A stretch of DNA of 64,000 bases from Balanoglossus misakiensis (taxonomy: Eukaryota > Animalia > Hemichordata). The translations under genes were made by a program, and so were the position numbers. Below the pieces are notes generated by a model. It was not told the DNA's origin, ran no database searches, and saw only the letters and a program-made list of their open reading frames with translations. Positions 1-14,429 of this stretch are shown here, piece after piece (the first letter of the stretch is position 1; each line of letters starts with the position of its first letter). The stretch is taken from contig CM082596.2 of the NCBI GenBank assembly GCA_040954595.2, forward strand, positions 9,072,461 to 9,136,460, written 5' to 3'.

Positions 1-3000
1 GAAGGCCTGACTGTCGCCTGTCTTAGGTCACCACTTCATAAGCGGTCTTACCCGTCATTGGCACAAACAGTCTCAGGAAGTAAGCTTTCAGCCTACCCAT
101 GTAGCTATTGTATTTTCCACTTTTTGTAAGTGAAGCCTGACTGTCGCCTGTCTTAGGTCACCACTTCATAAGCGGTCTTACCCGTCATTGGCACAAACAG
201 TCTCAGGAAGTAAGCTTTCAGCCTACCCATGTAGCTATTGTATTTTCCACTTTTTGTAAGTGAAGCCTGACTGTCGCCTGTCTTAGGTCACCACTTCATA
301 AGCGGTCTTACCCGTCATTGGCACAAACAGTCTCAGGAAGTAAGCTTTCAGCCTACCCATGTAGCTATTGTATTTTCCACTTTTTGTAAGTGAAGCCTGA
401 CTGTCGCCTGTCTTAGGTCACCACTTCATAAGCGGTCTTACCCGTCATTGGCACAAACAGTCTCAGGAAGTAAGCTTTCAGCCTACCCATGTAGCTATTG
501 TATTTTCCACTTTTTGTAAGTGAAGCCTGACTGTCGCCTGTCTTAGGTCACCACTTCATAAGCGGTCTTACCCGTCATTGGCACAAACAGTCTCAGGAAG
601 TAAGCTTTCAGCCTACCCATGTAGCTATTGTATTTTCCACTTTTTGAAAGTGAAGCCTGACTGTCGCCTGTCTTAGGTCACCACTTCATAAGCGGTCTTA
701 CCCGTCATTGGCACAAACAGTCTCAGGAAGTAAGCTTTCAGCCTACCCATGTAGCTATTGTATTTTCCACTTTTTGTAAGTGAAGCCTGACTGTCGCCTG
801 TCTTAGGTCACCACTTCATAAGCGGTCTTACCCGTCATTGGCACAAACAGTCTCAGGAAGTAAGCTTTCAGCCTACCCATGTAGCTATTGTATTTTCCAC
901 TTTTTGTAAGTGAAGCCTGACTGTCGCCTGTCTTAGGTCACCACTTCATAAGCGGTCTTACCCGTCATTGGCACAAACAGTCTCAGGAAGTAAGCTTTCA
1001 GCCTACCCATGTAGCTATTGTATTTTCCACTTTTTGTAAGTGAAGCCTGACTGTCGCCTGTCTTAGGTCACCACTTCATAAGCGGTCTTACCCGTCATTG
1101 GCACAAACAGTCTCAGGAAGTAAGCTTTCAGCCTACCCATGTAGCTATTGTATTTTCCACTTTTTGTAAGTGAAGCCTGACTGTCGCCTGTCTTAGGTCA
1201 CCACTTCATAAGCGGTCTTACCCGTCATTGGCACAAACAGTCTCAGGAAGTAAGCTTTCAGCCTACCCATGTAGCTATTGTATTTTCCACTTTTTGTAAG
1301 TGAAGCCTGACTGTCGCCTGTCTTAGGTCACCACTTCATAAGCGGTCTTACCCGTCATTGGCACAAACAGTCTCAGGAAGTAAGCTTTCAGCCTACCCAT
1401 GTAGCTATTGTATTTTCCACTTTTTGTAAGTGAAGCCTGACTGTCGCCTGTCTTAGGTCACCACTTCATAAGCGGTCTTACCCGTCATTGGCACAAACAG
1501 TCTCAGGAAGTAAGCTTTCAGCCTACCCATGTAGCTATTGTATTTTCCACTTTTTGTAAGTGAAGCCTGACTGTCGCCTGTCTTAGGTCACCACTTCATA
1601 AGCGGTCTTACCCGTCATTGGCACAAACAGTCTCAGGAAGTAAGCTTTCAGCCTACCCATGTAGCTATTGTATTTTCCACTTTTTGTAAGTGAAGCCTGA
1701 CTGTCGCCTGTCTTAGGTCACCACTTCATAAGCGGTCTTACCCGTCATTGGCACAAACAGTCTCAGGAAGTAAGCTTTCAGCCTACCCATGTAGCTATTG
1801 TATTTTCCACTTTTTGTAAGTGAAGCCTGACTGTCGCCTGTCTTAGGTCACCACTTCATAAGCGGTCTTACCCGTCATTGGCACAAACAGTCTCAGGAAG
1901 TAAGCTTTCAGCCTACCCATGTAGCTATTGTATTTTCCACTTTTTGTAAGTGAAGCCTGACTGTCGCCTGTCTTAGGTCACCACTTCATAAGCGGTCTTA
2001 CCCGTCATTGGCACAAACAGTCTCAGGAAGTAAGCTTTCAGCCTACCCATGTAGCTATTGTATTTTCCACTTTTTGTAAGTGAAGCCTGACTGTCGCCTG
2101 TCTTAGGTCACCACTTCATAAGCGGTCTTACCCGTCATTGGCACAAACAGTCTCAGGAAGTAAGCTTTCAGCCTACCCATGTAGCTATTGTATTTTCCAC
2201 TTTTTGTAAGTGAAGCCTGACTGTCGCCTGTCTTAGGTCACCACTTCATAAGCGGTCTTACCCGTCATTGGCACAAACAGTCTCAGGAAGTAAGCTTTCA
2301 GCCTACCCATGTAGCTATTGTATTTTCCACTTTTTGTAAGTGAAGCCTGACTGTCGCCTGTCTTAGGTCACCACTTCATAAGCGGTCTTACCCGTCATTG
2401 GCACAAACAGTCTCAGGAAGTAAGCTTTCAGCCTACCCATGTAGCTATTGTATTTTCCACTTTTTGTAAGTGAAGCCTGACTGTCGCCTGTCTTAGGTCA
2501 CCACTTCATAAGCGGTCTTACCCGTCATTGGCACAAACAGTCTCAGGAAGTAAGCTTTCAGCCTACCCATGTAGCTATTGTATTTTCCACTTTTTGTAAG
2601 TGAAGCCTGACTGTCGCCTGTCTTAGGTCACCACTTCATAAGCGGTCTTACCCGTCATTGGCACAAACAGTCTCAGGAAGTAAGCTTTCAGCCTACCCAT
2701 GTAGCTATTGTATTTTCCACTTTTTGTAAGTGAAGCCTGACTGTCGCCTGTCTTAGGTCACCACTTCATAAGCGGTCTTACCCGTCATTGGCACAAACAG
2801 TCTCAGGAAGTAAGCTTTCAGCCTACCCATGTAGCTATTGTATTTTCCACTTTTTGTAAGTGAAGCCTGACTGTCGCCTGTCTTAGGTCACCACTTCATA
2901 AGCGGTCTTACCCGTCATTGGCACAAACAGTCTCAGGAAGTAAGCTTTCAGCCTACCCATGTAGCTATTGTATTTTCCACTTTTTGTAAGTGAAGCCTGA

Positions 3001-6000
3001 CTGTCGCCTGTCTTAGGTCACCACTTCATAAGCGGTCTTACCCGTCATTGGCACAAACAGTCTCAGGAAGTAAGCTTTCAGCCTACCCATGTAGCTATTG
3101 TATTTTCCACTTTTTGTAAGTGAAGCCTGACTGTCGCCTGTCTTAGGTCACCACTTCATAAGCGGTCTTACCCGTCATTGGCACAAACAGTCTCAGGAAG
3201 TAAGCTTTCAGCCTACCCATGTAGCTATTGTATTTTCCACTTTTTGTAAGTGAAGCCTGACTGTCGCCTGTCTTAGGTCACCACTTCATAAGCGGTCTTA
3301 CCCGTCATTGGCACAAACAGTCTCAGGAAGTAAGCTTTCAGCCTACCCATGTAGCTATTGTATTTTCCACTTTTTGTAAGTGAAGCCTGACTGTCGCCTG
3401 TCTTAGGTCACCACTTCATAAGCGGTCTTACCCGTCATTGGCACAAACAGTCTCAGGAAGTAAGCTTTCAGCCTACCCATGTAGCTATTGTATTTTCCAC
3501 TTTTTGTAAGTGAAGCCTGACTGTCGCCTGTCTTAGGTCACCACTTCATAAGCGGTCTTACCCGTCATTGGCACAAACAGTCTCAGGAAGTAAGCTTTCA
3601 GCCTACCCATGTAGCTATTGTATTTTCCACTTTTTGTAAGTGAAGCCTGACTGTCGCCTGTCTTAGGTCACCACTTCATAAGCGGTCTTACCCGTCATTG
3701 GCACAAACAGTCTCAGGAAGTAAGCTTTCAGCCTACCCATGTAGCTATTGTATTTTCCACTTTTTGTAAGTGAAGCCTGACTGTCGCCTGTCTTAGGTCA
3801 CCACTTCATAAGCGGTCTTACCCGTCATTGGCACAAACAGTCTCAGGAAGTAAGCTTTCAGCCTACCCATGTAGCTATTGTATTTTCCACTTTTTGTAAG
3901 TGAAGCCTGACTGTCGCCTGTCTTAGGTCACCACTTCATAAGCGGTCTTACCCGTCATTGGCACAAACAGTCTCAGGAAGTAAGCTTTCAGCCTACCCAT
4001 GTAGCTATTGTATTTTCCACTTTTTGTAAGTGAAGCCTGACTGTCGCCTGTCTTAGGTCACCACTTCATAAGCGGTCTTACCCGTCATTGGCACAAACAG
4101 TCTCAGGAAGTAAGCTTTCAGCCTACCCATGTAGCTATTGTATTTTCCACTTTTTGTAAGTGAAGCCTGACTGTCGCCTGTCTTAGGTCACCACTTCATA
4201 AGCGGTCTTACCCGTCATTGGCACAAACAGTCTCAGGAAGTAAGCTTTCAGCCTACCCATGTAGCTATTGTATTTTCCACTTTTTGTAAGTGAAGCCTGA
4301 CTGTCGCCTGTCTTAGGTCACCACTTCATAAGCGGTCTTACCCGTCATTGGCACAAACAGTCTCAGGAAGTAAGCTTTCAGCCTACCCATGTAGCTATTG
4401 TATTTTCCACTTTTTGTAAGTGAAGCCTGACTGTCGCCTGTCTTAGGTCACCACTTCATAAGCGGTCTTACCCGTCATTGGCACAAACAGTCTCAGGAAG
4501 TAAGCTTTCAGCCTACCCATGTAGCTATTGTATTTTCCACTTTTTGTAAGTGAAGCCTGACTGTCGCCTGTCTTAGGTCACCACTTCATAAGCGGTCTTA
4601 CCCGTCATTGGCACAAACAGTCTCAGGAAGTAAGCTTTCAGCCTACCCATGTAGCTATTGTATTTTCCACTTTTTGTAAGTGAAGCCTGACTGTCGCCTG
4701 TCTTAGGTCACCACTTCATAAGCGGTCTTACCCGTCATTGGCACAAACAGTCTCAGGAAGTAAGCTTTCAGCCTACCCATGTAGCTATTGTATTTTCCAC
4801 TTTTTGTAAGTGAAGCCTGACTGTCGCCTGTCTTAGGTCACCACTTCATAAGCGGTCTTACCCGTCATTGGCACAAACAGTCTCAGGAAGTAAGCTTTCA
4901 GCCTACCCATGTAGCTATTGTATTTTCCACTTTTTGTAAGTGAAGCCTGACTGTCGCCTGTCTTAGGTCACCACTTCATAAGCGGTCTTACCCGTCATTG
5001 GCACAAACAGTCTCAGGAAGTAAGCTTTCAGCCTACCCATGTAGCTATTGTATTTTCCACTTTTTGTAAGTGAAGCCTGACTGTCGCCTGTCTTAGGTCA
5101 CCACTTCATAAGCGGTCTTACCCGTCATTGGCACAAACAGTCTCAGGAAGTAAGCTTTCAGCCTACCCATGTAGCTATTGTATTTTCCACTTTTTGTAAG
5201 TGAAGCCTGACTGTCGCCTGTCTTAGGTCACCACTTCATAAGCGGTCTTACCCGTCATTGGCACAAACAGTCTCAGGAAGTAAGCTTTCAGCCTACCCAT
5301 GTAGCTATTGTATTTTCCACTTTTTGTAAGTGAAGCCTGACTGTCGCCTGTCTTAGGTCACCACTTCATAAGCGGTCTTACCCGTCATTGGCACAAACAG
5401 TCTCAGGAAGTAAGCTTTCAGCCTACCCATGTAGCTATTGTATTTTCCACTTTTTGTAAGTGAAGCCTGACTGTCGCCTGTCTTAGGTCACCACTTCATA
5501 AGCGGTCTTACCCGTCATTGGCACAAACAGTCTCAGGAAGTAAGCTTTCAGCCTACCCATGTAGCTATTGTATTTTCCACTTTTTGTAAGTGAAGCCTGA
5601 CTGTCGCCTGTCTTAGGTCACCACTTCATAAGCGGTCTTACCCGTCATTGGCACAAACAGTCTCAGGAAGTAAGCTTTCAGCCTACCCATGTAGCTATTG
5701 TATTTTCCACTTTTTGTAAGTGAAGCCTGACTGTCGCCTGTCTTAGGTCACCACTTCATAAGCGGTCTTACCCGTCATTGGCACAAACAGTCTCAGGAAG
5801 TAAGCTTTCAGCCTACCCATGTAGCTATTGTATTTTCCACTTTTTGTAAGTGAAGCCTGACTGTCGCCTGTCTTAGGTCACCACTTCATAAGCGGTCTTA
5901 CCCGTCATTGGCACAAACAGTCTCAGGAAGTAAGCTTTCAGCCTACCCATGTAGCTATTGTATTTTCCACTTTTTGTAAGTGAAGCCTGACTGTCGCCTG

Positions 6001-6723
6001 TCTTAGGTCACCACTTCATAAGCGGTCTTACCCGTCATTGGCACAAACAGTCTCAGGAAGTAAGCTTTCAGCCTACCCATGTAGCTATTGTATTTTCCAC
6101 TTTTTGTAAGTGAAGCCTGACTGTCGCCTGTCTTAGGTCACCACTTCATAAGCGGTCTTACCCATCATTGGCACAAACAGTCTCAGGAAGTAAGCTTTCA
6201 GCCTACCCATGTAGCTATTGTATTTTCCACTTTTTGTAAGTGAAGCCTGACTGTCGCCTGTCTTAGGTCACCACTTCATAAGCGGTCTTACCCGTCATTG
6301 GCACAAACAGTCTCAGGAAGTAAGCTTTCAGCCTACCCATGTAGCTATTGTATTTTCCACTTTTTGTAAGTGAAGCCTGACTGTCGCCTGTCTTAGGTCA
6401 CCACTTCATAAGCGGTCTTACCCGTCATTGGCACAAACAGTCTCAGGAAGTAAGCTTTCAGCCTACCCATGTAGCTATTGTATTTTCCACTTTTTGTAAG
6501 TGAAGCCTGACTGTCGCCTGTCTTAGGTCACCACTTCATAAGCGGTCTTACCCGTCATTGGCACAAACAGTCTCAGGAAGTAAGCTTTCAGCCTACCCAT
6601 GTAGCTATTGTATTTTCCACTTTTTGTAAGTGAAGCCTGACTGTCGCCTGTCTTAGGTCACCACTTCATAAGCGGTCTTACCCGTCATTGGCACAAACAG
6701 TCTCAGGAAGTAAGCTTTCAGCC
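1..6723. repeat. 130-bp satellite DNA array, ~52 near-identical copies, running off the left edge
   Basis: The unit tgaagcctgactgtcgcctg...ccactttttgtaag recurs every 130 bp. Only isolated variants were seen (T>A at 647, G>A at 6164, an extra G in the first unit). Each unit has one HindIII site (aagctt). The array ends abruptly after ...ctttcagcc at 6723. Confidence 0.98.
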
Positions 6724-6724
6724 G

Positions 6725-6904
6725 AACCGGACCCAACGACACCGACCCATCATTATACCTTTTAACAACAGGTACAGCAAGAAGAGAAATGAACGTAACA
6801 CAACAGCCAGAAATTATGGATTCAATGACAACAGCAGGATTTACATCAATGAAAACCTTACACAAAGAACAAAATCGTTCGGACGTCCCATGGCGTTGCA
6901 GTGA
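6725..6904 (+). pseudogene. Remnant of a CR1/L2-type LINE ORF1 C-terminal region
   Basis: Manual translation from 6725 gives NRTQRHRPIIIPFNNR...NSRIYINENLTQRTK. The RPII.F and IYINENLT motifs are typical of CR1/L2 ORF1 proteins. The frame is not in the ORF track because it has no start codon. Confidence 0.5.
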
Positions 6905-8521
6905 AACTGGGACATAAAGGTCCAAACAATGAGGCTGACCACATGGTTACGGCTCCAATTACGGCAACTGTGAAGTGTAGTGGAACTGCACATGACTGAC
7001 GTTGCCCAGGGCAACGGCGAACCAGGACCCTGGAGGGCTGAGCAGCGGGACCTGATTGACAGGAGCTGTACATAGCAGTTGTGAACATAGTATATGAAAT
7101 AATTTAAAATAGTCATTGCTCTCTGAGTCCATCATTTTCAGTAAAAGTGACCTGATTTCACATCAATAGTTTACCACCCGTCATTTCCAGCTAATTTCAT
7201 GTAGTACAAAACTCCTATACAACATAATGACATTTCTAGAACCTTTTTTTTTCTGGTTGGGCCGACAGACTAACACTAGTGGTTCTAAAAAGAAACTTCC
7301 ATAACAACCTGTACACTTGACGCGTTCAAGTCAAGGCAGACCTAACCCATTCAAAATATGCAAATTAGGGAAAGACGCATACATGCATTCCTTGCATCCC
7401 CAGAGACACACACAGGAAATCAAGCGAGTGCGGCCACTAGCTGGAGAGCTGAATTCAATGCATTGCCTTGCGATGTTCATGATACAGGGGGGTGATGATC
7501 AATGAACAGAACAGCGGTCCACTTTCACGAGTTGTAGTGCACTGATTGTGGCAAGTTGATCATGGCAAAACAAACGACTATGTTAGATAGCAGTGCTTCA
7601 CAAGTTTGGCTAATTTGTATGAAAATCGTCTCGCCAAACACAACCTTTTTCTCGCATTTGCGATTTGGCGAGCGGGTAGCAAAAACACTGCTGGCTAATC
7701 TGTTCCGATTTCTGTCACTGTTCCAATTCTTCCTCAACACCTCAAAGCTACACACCCCTACTAGAAAATGGTATGAATTCTTGACGGACGGAAGTAGTAG
7801 CAGTCGAGAAACTGGGTAGTGAATTTGCATATTTTATCATCGCCGGAGCCTCGCTTTCGAACACGCGGGAGCTGCAAACATGGCGTTCGCTACCCTCGCC
7901 GTTGTCATGTAAACACATTTTTAGAAGTGGTTTATCTCAGTTAAAAACCCCGAAAGAAAAAGAAAAATCAACTTTTCTGAGGTATTATAAAGTAATTATT
8001 GGGATAACGAAAAAATCCGCCATTTTTAGCATCATTTTCTTGCAATTCATGACCTATCTCGGCACCAGTCATTACAGTGATTTATCACGCTACGACGGGC
8101 CAACTTTCAGCGAACGGGTACGGGGTCAAGGAGGTCGTTAGCCATCAGGATATTTCAATCACATGATTTGGAAAGTTCAAGGGTACTTCAGTCCAAATAT
8201 GGGAGTAGTGCCGCCTTGCAAACGCAAACGACGCAGTGTTGACTGATCCAGGTCACTTACTTCCGGGTTTCGATGTTGCGCGCGATGTGTATGCGTCGAA
8301 GTTAGTCATGTGTACAGGTCTGTAGGTTCCCAGCGTTAATTAAAGCCGCCCGGCCGCCAACCACACAATGTGAGCTAAAGCCCAACCTGCGCGACCCAGT
8401 CCACCAGGGCTACAATTATTGCGGCTACGGTTATGCGAAATACTGACTCTCCTTGCAAGTCACCGCGTATGTTGCAAGCCCCTCCCCCCCCCCCCCCCCC
8501 GCCACGTACAGCCACACTGAG

Positions 8522-10456
8522 TTAGTAACATTGGCAAATACATTTGCTAGTTTTACCCAGCAATTTCATCATCACTGTCAAGGTGCTATCATCAACTTCG
8601 AGAACATTTTCTTCTGGTAAATCATATTCTTGTTCATCGTCAATAATTTCTTCTATTTCACAATTTGTGATTTCATTATCATCATTATTTGTTTCTTCTT
8701 CAATAATTTCATCAGTTTCTGTCTGCAGTTCCCTGCCCTTGTTATTGTATTGTTCACACAGTTCAGGCAATTACAGCCTGGGCCACACATCATGCCCTTC
8801 TTTTTGCATTTACATGTATTATTCCTGCATCCTGTTTTCTTACATTTACACCCTTTTGTGTAAAACATCACACGCTCTTGAACCTTCTCCATATTTTCCA
8901 CAGAATCCCACAGTATATTTATTTTCCACATTGTATCCTGAGTTTTCATAAGGAGGAAGTGTAATGTGATGTCGGTGAGCTTGTGACCAATAACATGGGT
9001 TCTCCAACAACCAGTTTGTCCCCAACATGCATTGCATTGCTGCTTTGATTAAAATTATTTCATCCAGCTCAGCCTCTGGATTAAAATTATCAAATTATCT
9101 TGAAGTTTACATATAATGTTTGATAACCCTGTGTCACTTCTGTGACAATTTTTTTCTTTTCATTTTTCTACTGTGCGGTACAAAGACATGTAGCACTTTT
9201 TACACAGTGTGCTAGTTTCATCCAGTTTTAATCCAGGATAGTCCCCATGTTCAGTAAAGTGCTCCATTAGTAACTCTGGATTGTGGGGATATTTTAGAGT
9301 AGAAGAGGTCAAGCGTTAATGACAATGGCTAGAAATCTGGTTTTATCATCCACCCTGGTTTTGTGGCAAGAGACATTTCCACAAATGTGACACGTTTTGT
9401 CTTTTTGATGCCTGTTCGGTACTACCCTGGGCTTGTGCTTCAAAGTCTTTTTCTACACATATTCTGCAGCTATTGCATAGACAACCAGATGGAGATAAAT
9501 TCATTTCTTTTACAACCCTATCTTTGAAATTGTCTGGCTTATTTACTGTACCCGGTATGTGGTACCATCTTGGAGTTGATGATATGCTACACTTTTTTTG
9601 GGTCCACATTTTTCTTTGTCAGGGTGAGCCTGCTGACTTAATGGAAGAACTCCTCCAAACCCACTAATATAAATGTATAAATGCATCCCCCCTTTTGTTG
9701 GTATATTTATTCATCCATACAAGGGTTTTCCCTGAAAGAATAATTTGAAACTATCAGTATTCAAATTTAATTCCTCAGATATTACATTTTTCAAGGAGCT
9801 GACATATGGATCTGTGAGCCGAAAAAAATACTCATGTGAATTTAGATGAACAATTATGTCACATCCACTTGCAATCTTTTTATCAGATTGAATTGCCTTG
9901 AATTTTGATTTGAGTCTACAGAATCTGCTTTGTATGTCACATAACAGGAGTAAGGCTTGACTGCATTGTGACAAACGTTTTTTAATCATGGTTTCTGCCA
10001 TAATAATGGACTTGTCTTTTATAAATTCTTGGCGACGCTTATGGCAATGATGTTTTAGAGGTCCTGACATTTTGCACACAGACTGCAGCAATTTTTTAAA
10101 CTCTTGCAGTTGATTACACACTGTTTTTATTTGTTTCACTACATTATTTTTTACTTTACTCTTATCCCACATTTTTTAATACAAATATTATATCGATGCT
10201 CTGCCTGTCGTAAAAATGTGGAAATATGGTACTTGTAAGCTTTGTAATTATTAAATGAAGGCTTGCTAGCACTTTTAAGCACATTTAACATATTTGCAAC
10301 TTTTGTTTTTATTTCAGTTGAGTTTGTATACAGAACCTTGTTTTTTTCCACTTCAGAGCAGGTTTTGTTAATTTGCAACAGTGCATTTTTACTGACAGAG
10401 TTTATGCGTGAACGATGCACCCTCCTTGTCCACAAAGACAAGGATTGACTCCACAT
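8522..10456 (-). pseudogene. Fragmented transposon-type ORF with C-terminal Cys-rich CXC-like tail and acidic end
   Basis: Overlapping frameshifted ORFs read ...YWSQAHRHHITLPPYENSGY / ILWDSVENMEKVQERVMFYTKGCKCKKTGCRNNTCKCKKKGMMCGPGCNCLNC followed by a D/E-rich tail. Upstream Cys/His-rich fragments lie at 9346-10456. Several frameshifts are present. Confidence 0.5.
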
Positions 10457-13400
10457 ACAATCACCATTTTTATGCGTTTTATGGTTATCTGTAGTACAAA
10501 CATATACTTAGTAGTATAACCCTGGAAGCCAACAATGCACCAATAAATCCGAAAAAAAATCCACATCTCTGGTAAAACAATAGCAAACTGATAGCTATGT
10601 TAATGTTAGACGAAAATATACACGATTTAGTCATACATAAGTCCAAAGAATCATGCGTGGATGCACCTCAGTGACACGATCACGATCCGATGAGAGAGTA
10701 AACAATCAGCCACCATATTGGATTTTGCTGGCGTCGAACACCCAAAACATACTCAAATTCAATGGCCCGAAACTCCACTTTGGGAAGCTTGAGCCAAAAC
10801 GAAACGATATCCGTTCAAAATATAAGATATAAAACTAATACAAAAAGCACACTTGAAACAATTTTTTGCTTGCAAACGGAAACGACGCAGTGTTTATTTT
10901 ACCACATTCGCTAGACGTCGCTTACAATTGATATCAGAGATCGAACAGAAATACGATAAATTTTCCACTTTCAACACGATCGGACGATAGGTTACGTCTA
11001 TCAAACCTGAGGGACACAGTTTGGGGGCACAAATCTCACCTTATGGTGTAGAAAAAGACGATTTTCTGAAACTGAAAAAATACACCAACGGTTCTCGAAG
11101 TAATGGTGGCGCTGTTGAAATTCAAAGTAAAATCTCATTAACATATGCAAATTCACTACCCAGTTTCTCGACTGGTAGCTCATACCCAACTTGACAGACT
11201 CCTTTGTTTACACTTCGGAGCCAAAAAGGTTGGTGCGGGGGGTGTGTCTACATTGATGCACGTGGGGATATGAGAAACAAAATACTTTTTTTTACAAGAA
11301 AAATCTATGCCGTCTCTCTGCCTGTATGTTTCTACTACAAGCTCTTATAGAAACATGATTATGAAATAAGTTTGCAAGACTGTATGGAAGAATATCCTGA
11401 ACTCAATATTAAAGTGAAGGGGTCGTCGAGCCGCGTTTGTTTATAAACATTACAATTCATCCACAACAAATTAGATCATTCTTAGAATGAACGAAGCAGC
11501 CAACTGTAGTGTAGACTGGGCATGGCAGCAACTGAAGATCCTAGTAGGTCGCGGCGACTGCAGTGGGTTTGCGCTTGTATGGGAGGGCATATTCTCATCA
11601 AGGGGGACACCCTCGGGGTGCGACGACCCCTTCCCTACTGTTGCTGAAAAATATTTGTATATGAAAGTTGAAACAGTGATAGTTGCACATGAGGTATCTG
11701 ATATGACATTTACATAAACATAACAAAATAAAGTTTTGAATGTTCCTTGCAATCTGCAATTGCATGAAAATATTCTCTGTACTGTTAATAAAGTATAATG
11801 TCTGCTCCTAATTCTGCAAAATGTGTCATACTAAAATGTTATACCATTAGTGACACTATGACTAATAATAAAATATCATACTCTTCCCTTATGTATTTCA
11901 GCTGTTAATGAAATGATATTCCCATCCCTATCTTTCTACTGGTACTAAGCTATAAGTAAAATGTTACATTTATTCCAAGCATAGTACTGGTATTATAACT
12001 GGTAGTCCAATGCCATGCCCATCCCCTTGCTGTGTTAATTGATAATAAAGTGTCATACCCTCCCCTTGTTCTGTACTGTTGCTGTTAATAAATAAAATGT
12101 TATTATCCCTCATTGTACTACAAGTAATACTTAACTGTAACTATAATATCATGCACATCCCCTTCTTTTTAGTAAAATGCCATGCCTTCCCCTAGTTCCG
12201 TATTATAACTGTTAGTCAAATGTCATGTCCAACACTCACTTTGTACTATAAGTTACCAATAATAAAAATGTCATGCCCTCCCTGCTTCTCTATAGTTGTT
12301 AATAAAATGTTACTCCCACCCCAAGGGTTGTACTGGTACTTGAACTGTTAGTAAAATATCATGCCCATGTTCCTAGTTATGAACTGAAACGTTTAGGCTA
12401 ATCAACTGTAATGCTCATGTACTTGGTTTAGTAAAATGTCTGCCAATGTCTTGCGCCTAGTTCTACAACTCATAATAAAATGCCATGCCCTCCCCTAGTT
12501 CCGTACTGTAGGGGTCAATAAAACGCATTATCTGGCCACCCCTAGCTCTTAAGTTGATCGTATGCCATGCCGAAACCTAGTTCTGTATTGTGACTTAGAG
12601 CTTAGATGGTCCTATAAAGCTTATAAAATTTGTGCACACTCCAAATAGGCCGAAAATGTCATGTGTACCGACTGATAATAAACTGTCATTTCATCCCAGC
12701 TATGCACTCAAAAAATGACGTGGCATTAAACACTAGAGGACGTGTACTGATCTGAGTGAATCAGATCCCGTGAGGAGTACGGTGCCCACAGTACACGTGT
12801 ACTAGTAGAGAAATGCCAAGTGTTGCTACATCTTCGCGCTTCGCCCGCCATTGCTCTCCGCAAAATTGGGAGTGTGGTCGAGCGAACACGTGCGAGCGGA
12901 AAGTCGTGTTGCGACCGTCGGTGAGGAGAATTAAGACACAGCGCTAATAATAGTGTCTGTAACGACTATCACACCAAAACTCATTTACAGTAAATATAAA
13001 AACAGATTAAAGCTGCGAGCAGCATTGTCGGGCCCAAGCGCTGATCTTGAATTATATATGCACAGTATGAATGAGAAGAAACAGATTTTAATATCGGATG
13101 TATTATCTCATGACATAACAGGGATGTGTGTATTTTTGCTGCTGAAATAGGGTGAAGTAGGTCAAAGGTCACCTGAGGTCACCCAACATTTGGCCAATTT
13201 TTTTTACCCATACTGGTCCATGTCCAACAAAAACCAAAACTCTAGCTCTATTGGTTCACCTGTAATTAGGTATGTGCATATTAAATGAGGTCAGTAGGTG
13301 TCACAGGTGACCCAAAAATTTGGCTTTACATTTAGCTCCCATCCTGCCAAATGTCAAGGCTGTATCTGCTCTGGATGCTGAGATATGCGAAAGTAGGTCA

Positions 13401-14429
13401 AAGGTCACCAGAGGTCACCTAACATTTGGGCAAAAAATTTTGACCCCATACTGGTCCATGTTCAACAAAAACCAAACCTCTAGCTCTATTGGTTCGCCTG
13501 TAATTAGCTATGCACATAACTAATGAGGTCAGCAGAGGTCAAAGGGGTCATGAAAAGTAGCAAATTTTTTTGATCACACACTAATCCACATGCATCAAAA
13601 ACCAAACGTCTAGCCCTTTAGGTTAGCCTGGAATTAGATATGCAGAAATAATAATGTGTGAAAAGTAGGTCAAAGGTCATGTGAAAAATCGCCAAAAATT
13701 TGTAACATATTGTAGTCATATGACGATTGATATCCATAAAAAGAATTTGTATGCTATCAATTTTTACGCTAGAAAAAGGAATTTTAATGCTTCACTGCTT
13801 TTTACAAAATCCAATATGGCCGCCATAATCTTCGACCAATCACAATGCTCTTTGCAAACTTGATAGACATCAGTATAGTGACCATACTCCCCAAATCTTG
13901 CGACTCAGTTATCGCCCGTTCTGGAGAAGAAGATTTTTGGAGTTTAACTATGGTTTTTCGAAAATCCAATATGGCCGCCATAATCTCCGACCAATCACAA
14001 TGATCTTCGCAAACTTGATAGACATCAGTTAGGTGACCACATACCCCAAACCCCGTGTCTCGGTTATCACCGGTTCTGGAGAAGAAGATTTTTGAAATTT
14101 AAGCCAGATTTCAGAAAAAAAATTGTAGCAAAAAAACTGCAACATTGACAGCAAAATTTCCAATTACAAAAATGATGGGTAAAAGGTAGTCTACCTGCAT
14201 GCCAAATTTGAAGTCGATCTGACTTGTAGTTTCTGAGATCTGAGATTTGATTTTTTTCAGAAAATCCAATATGGCCGCCAGGTCACGTGACTAATTAAGT
14301 ATTCACAAGTCACTGCACATCTACTCATTGACCTTGACCACTGTAGCAAGTTTGAGAAGTGTACCTGCAGCGGTGTCTGAGATCTCGTTGCCCAAAGAAT
14401 TGACACAAGAATAAAGAAAGAAAGAAAGA

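Noticed and set aside
1-6723. CRISPR array, 5S rDNA or spliced-leader RNA array
   Set aside because: The units are wholly identical with no unique spacers and show no similarity to 5S rRNA. The gtaag and T-run motifs are too weak to support an SL RNA.
7650-7690. Possible hAT-like terminus (reverse complement cagtgtttttgctacccgctcgcc)
   Set aside because: No partner TIR or TSD was found in the window.
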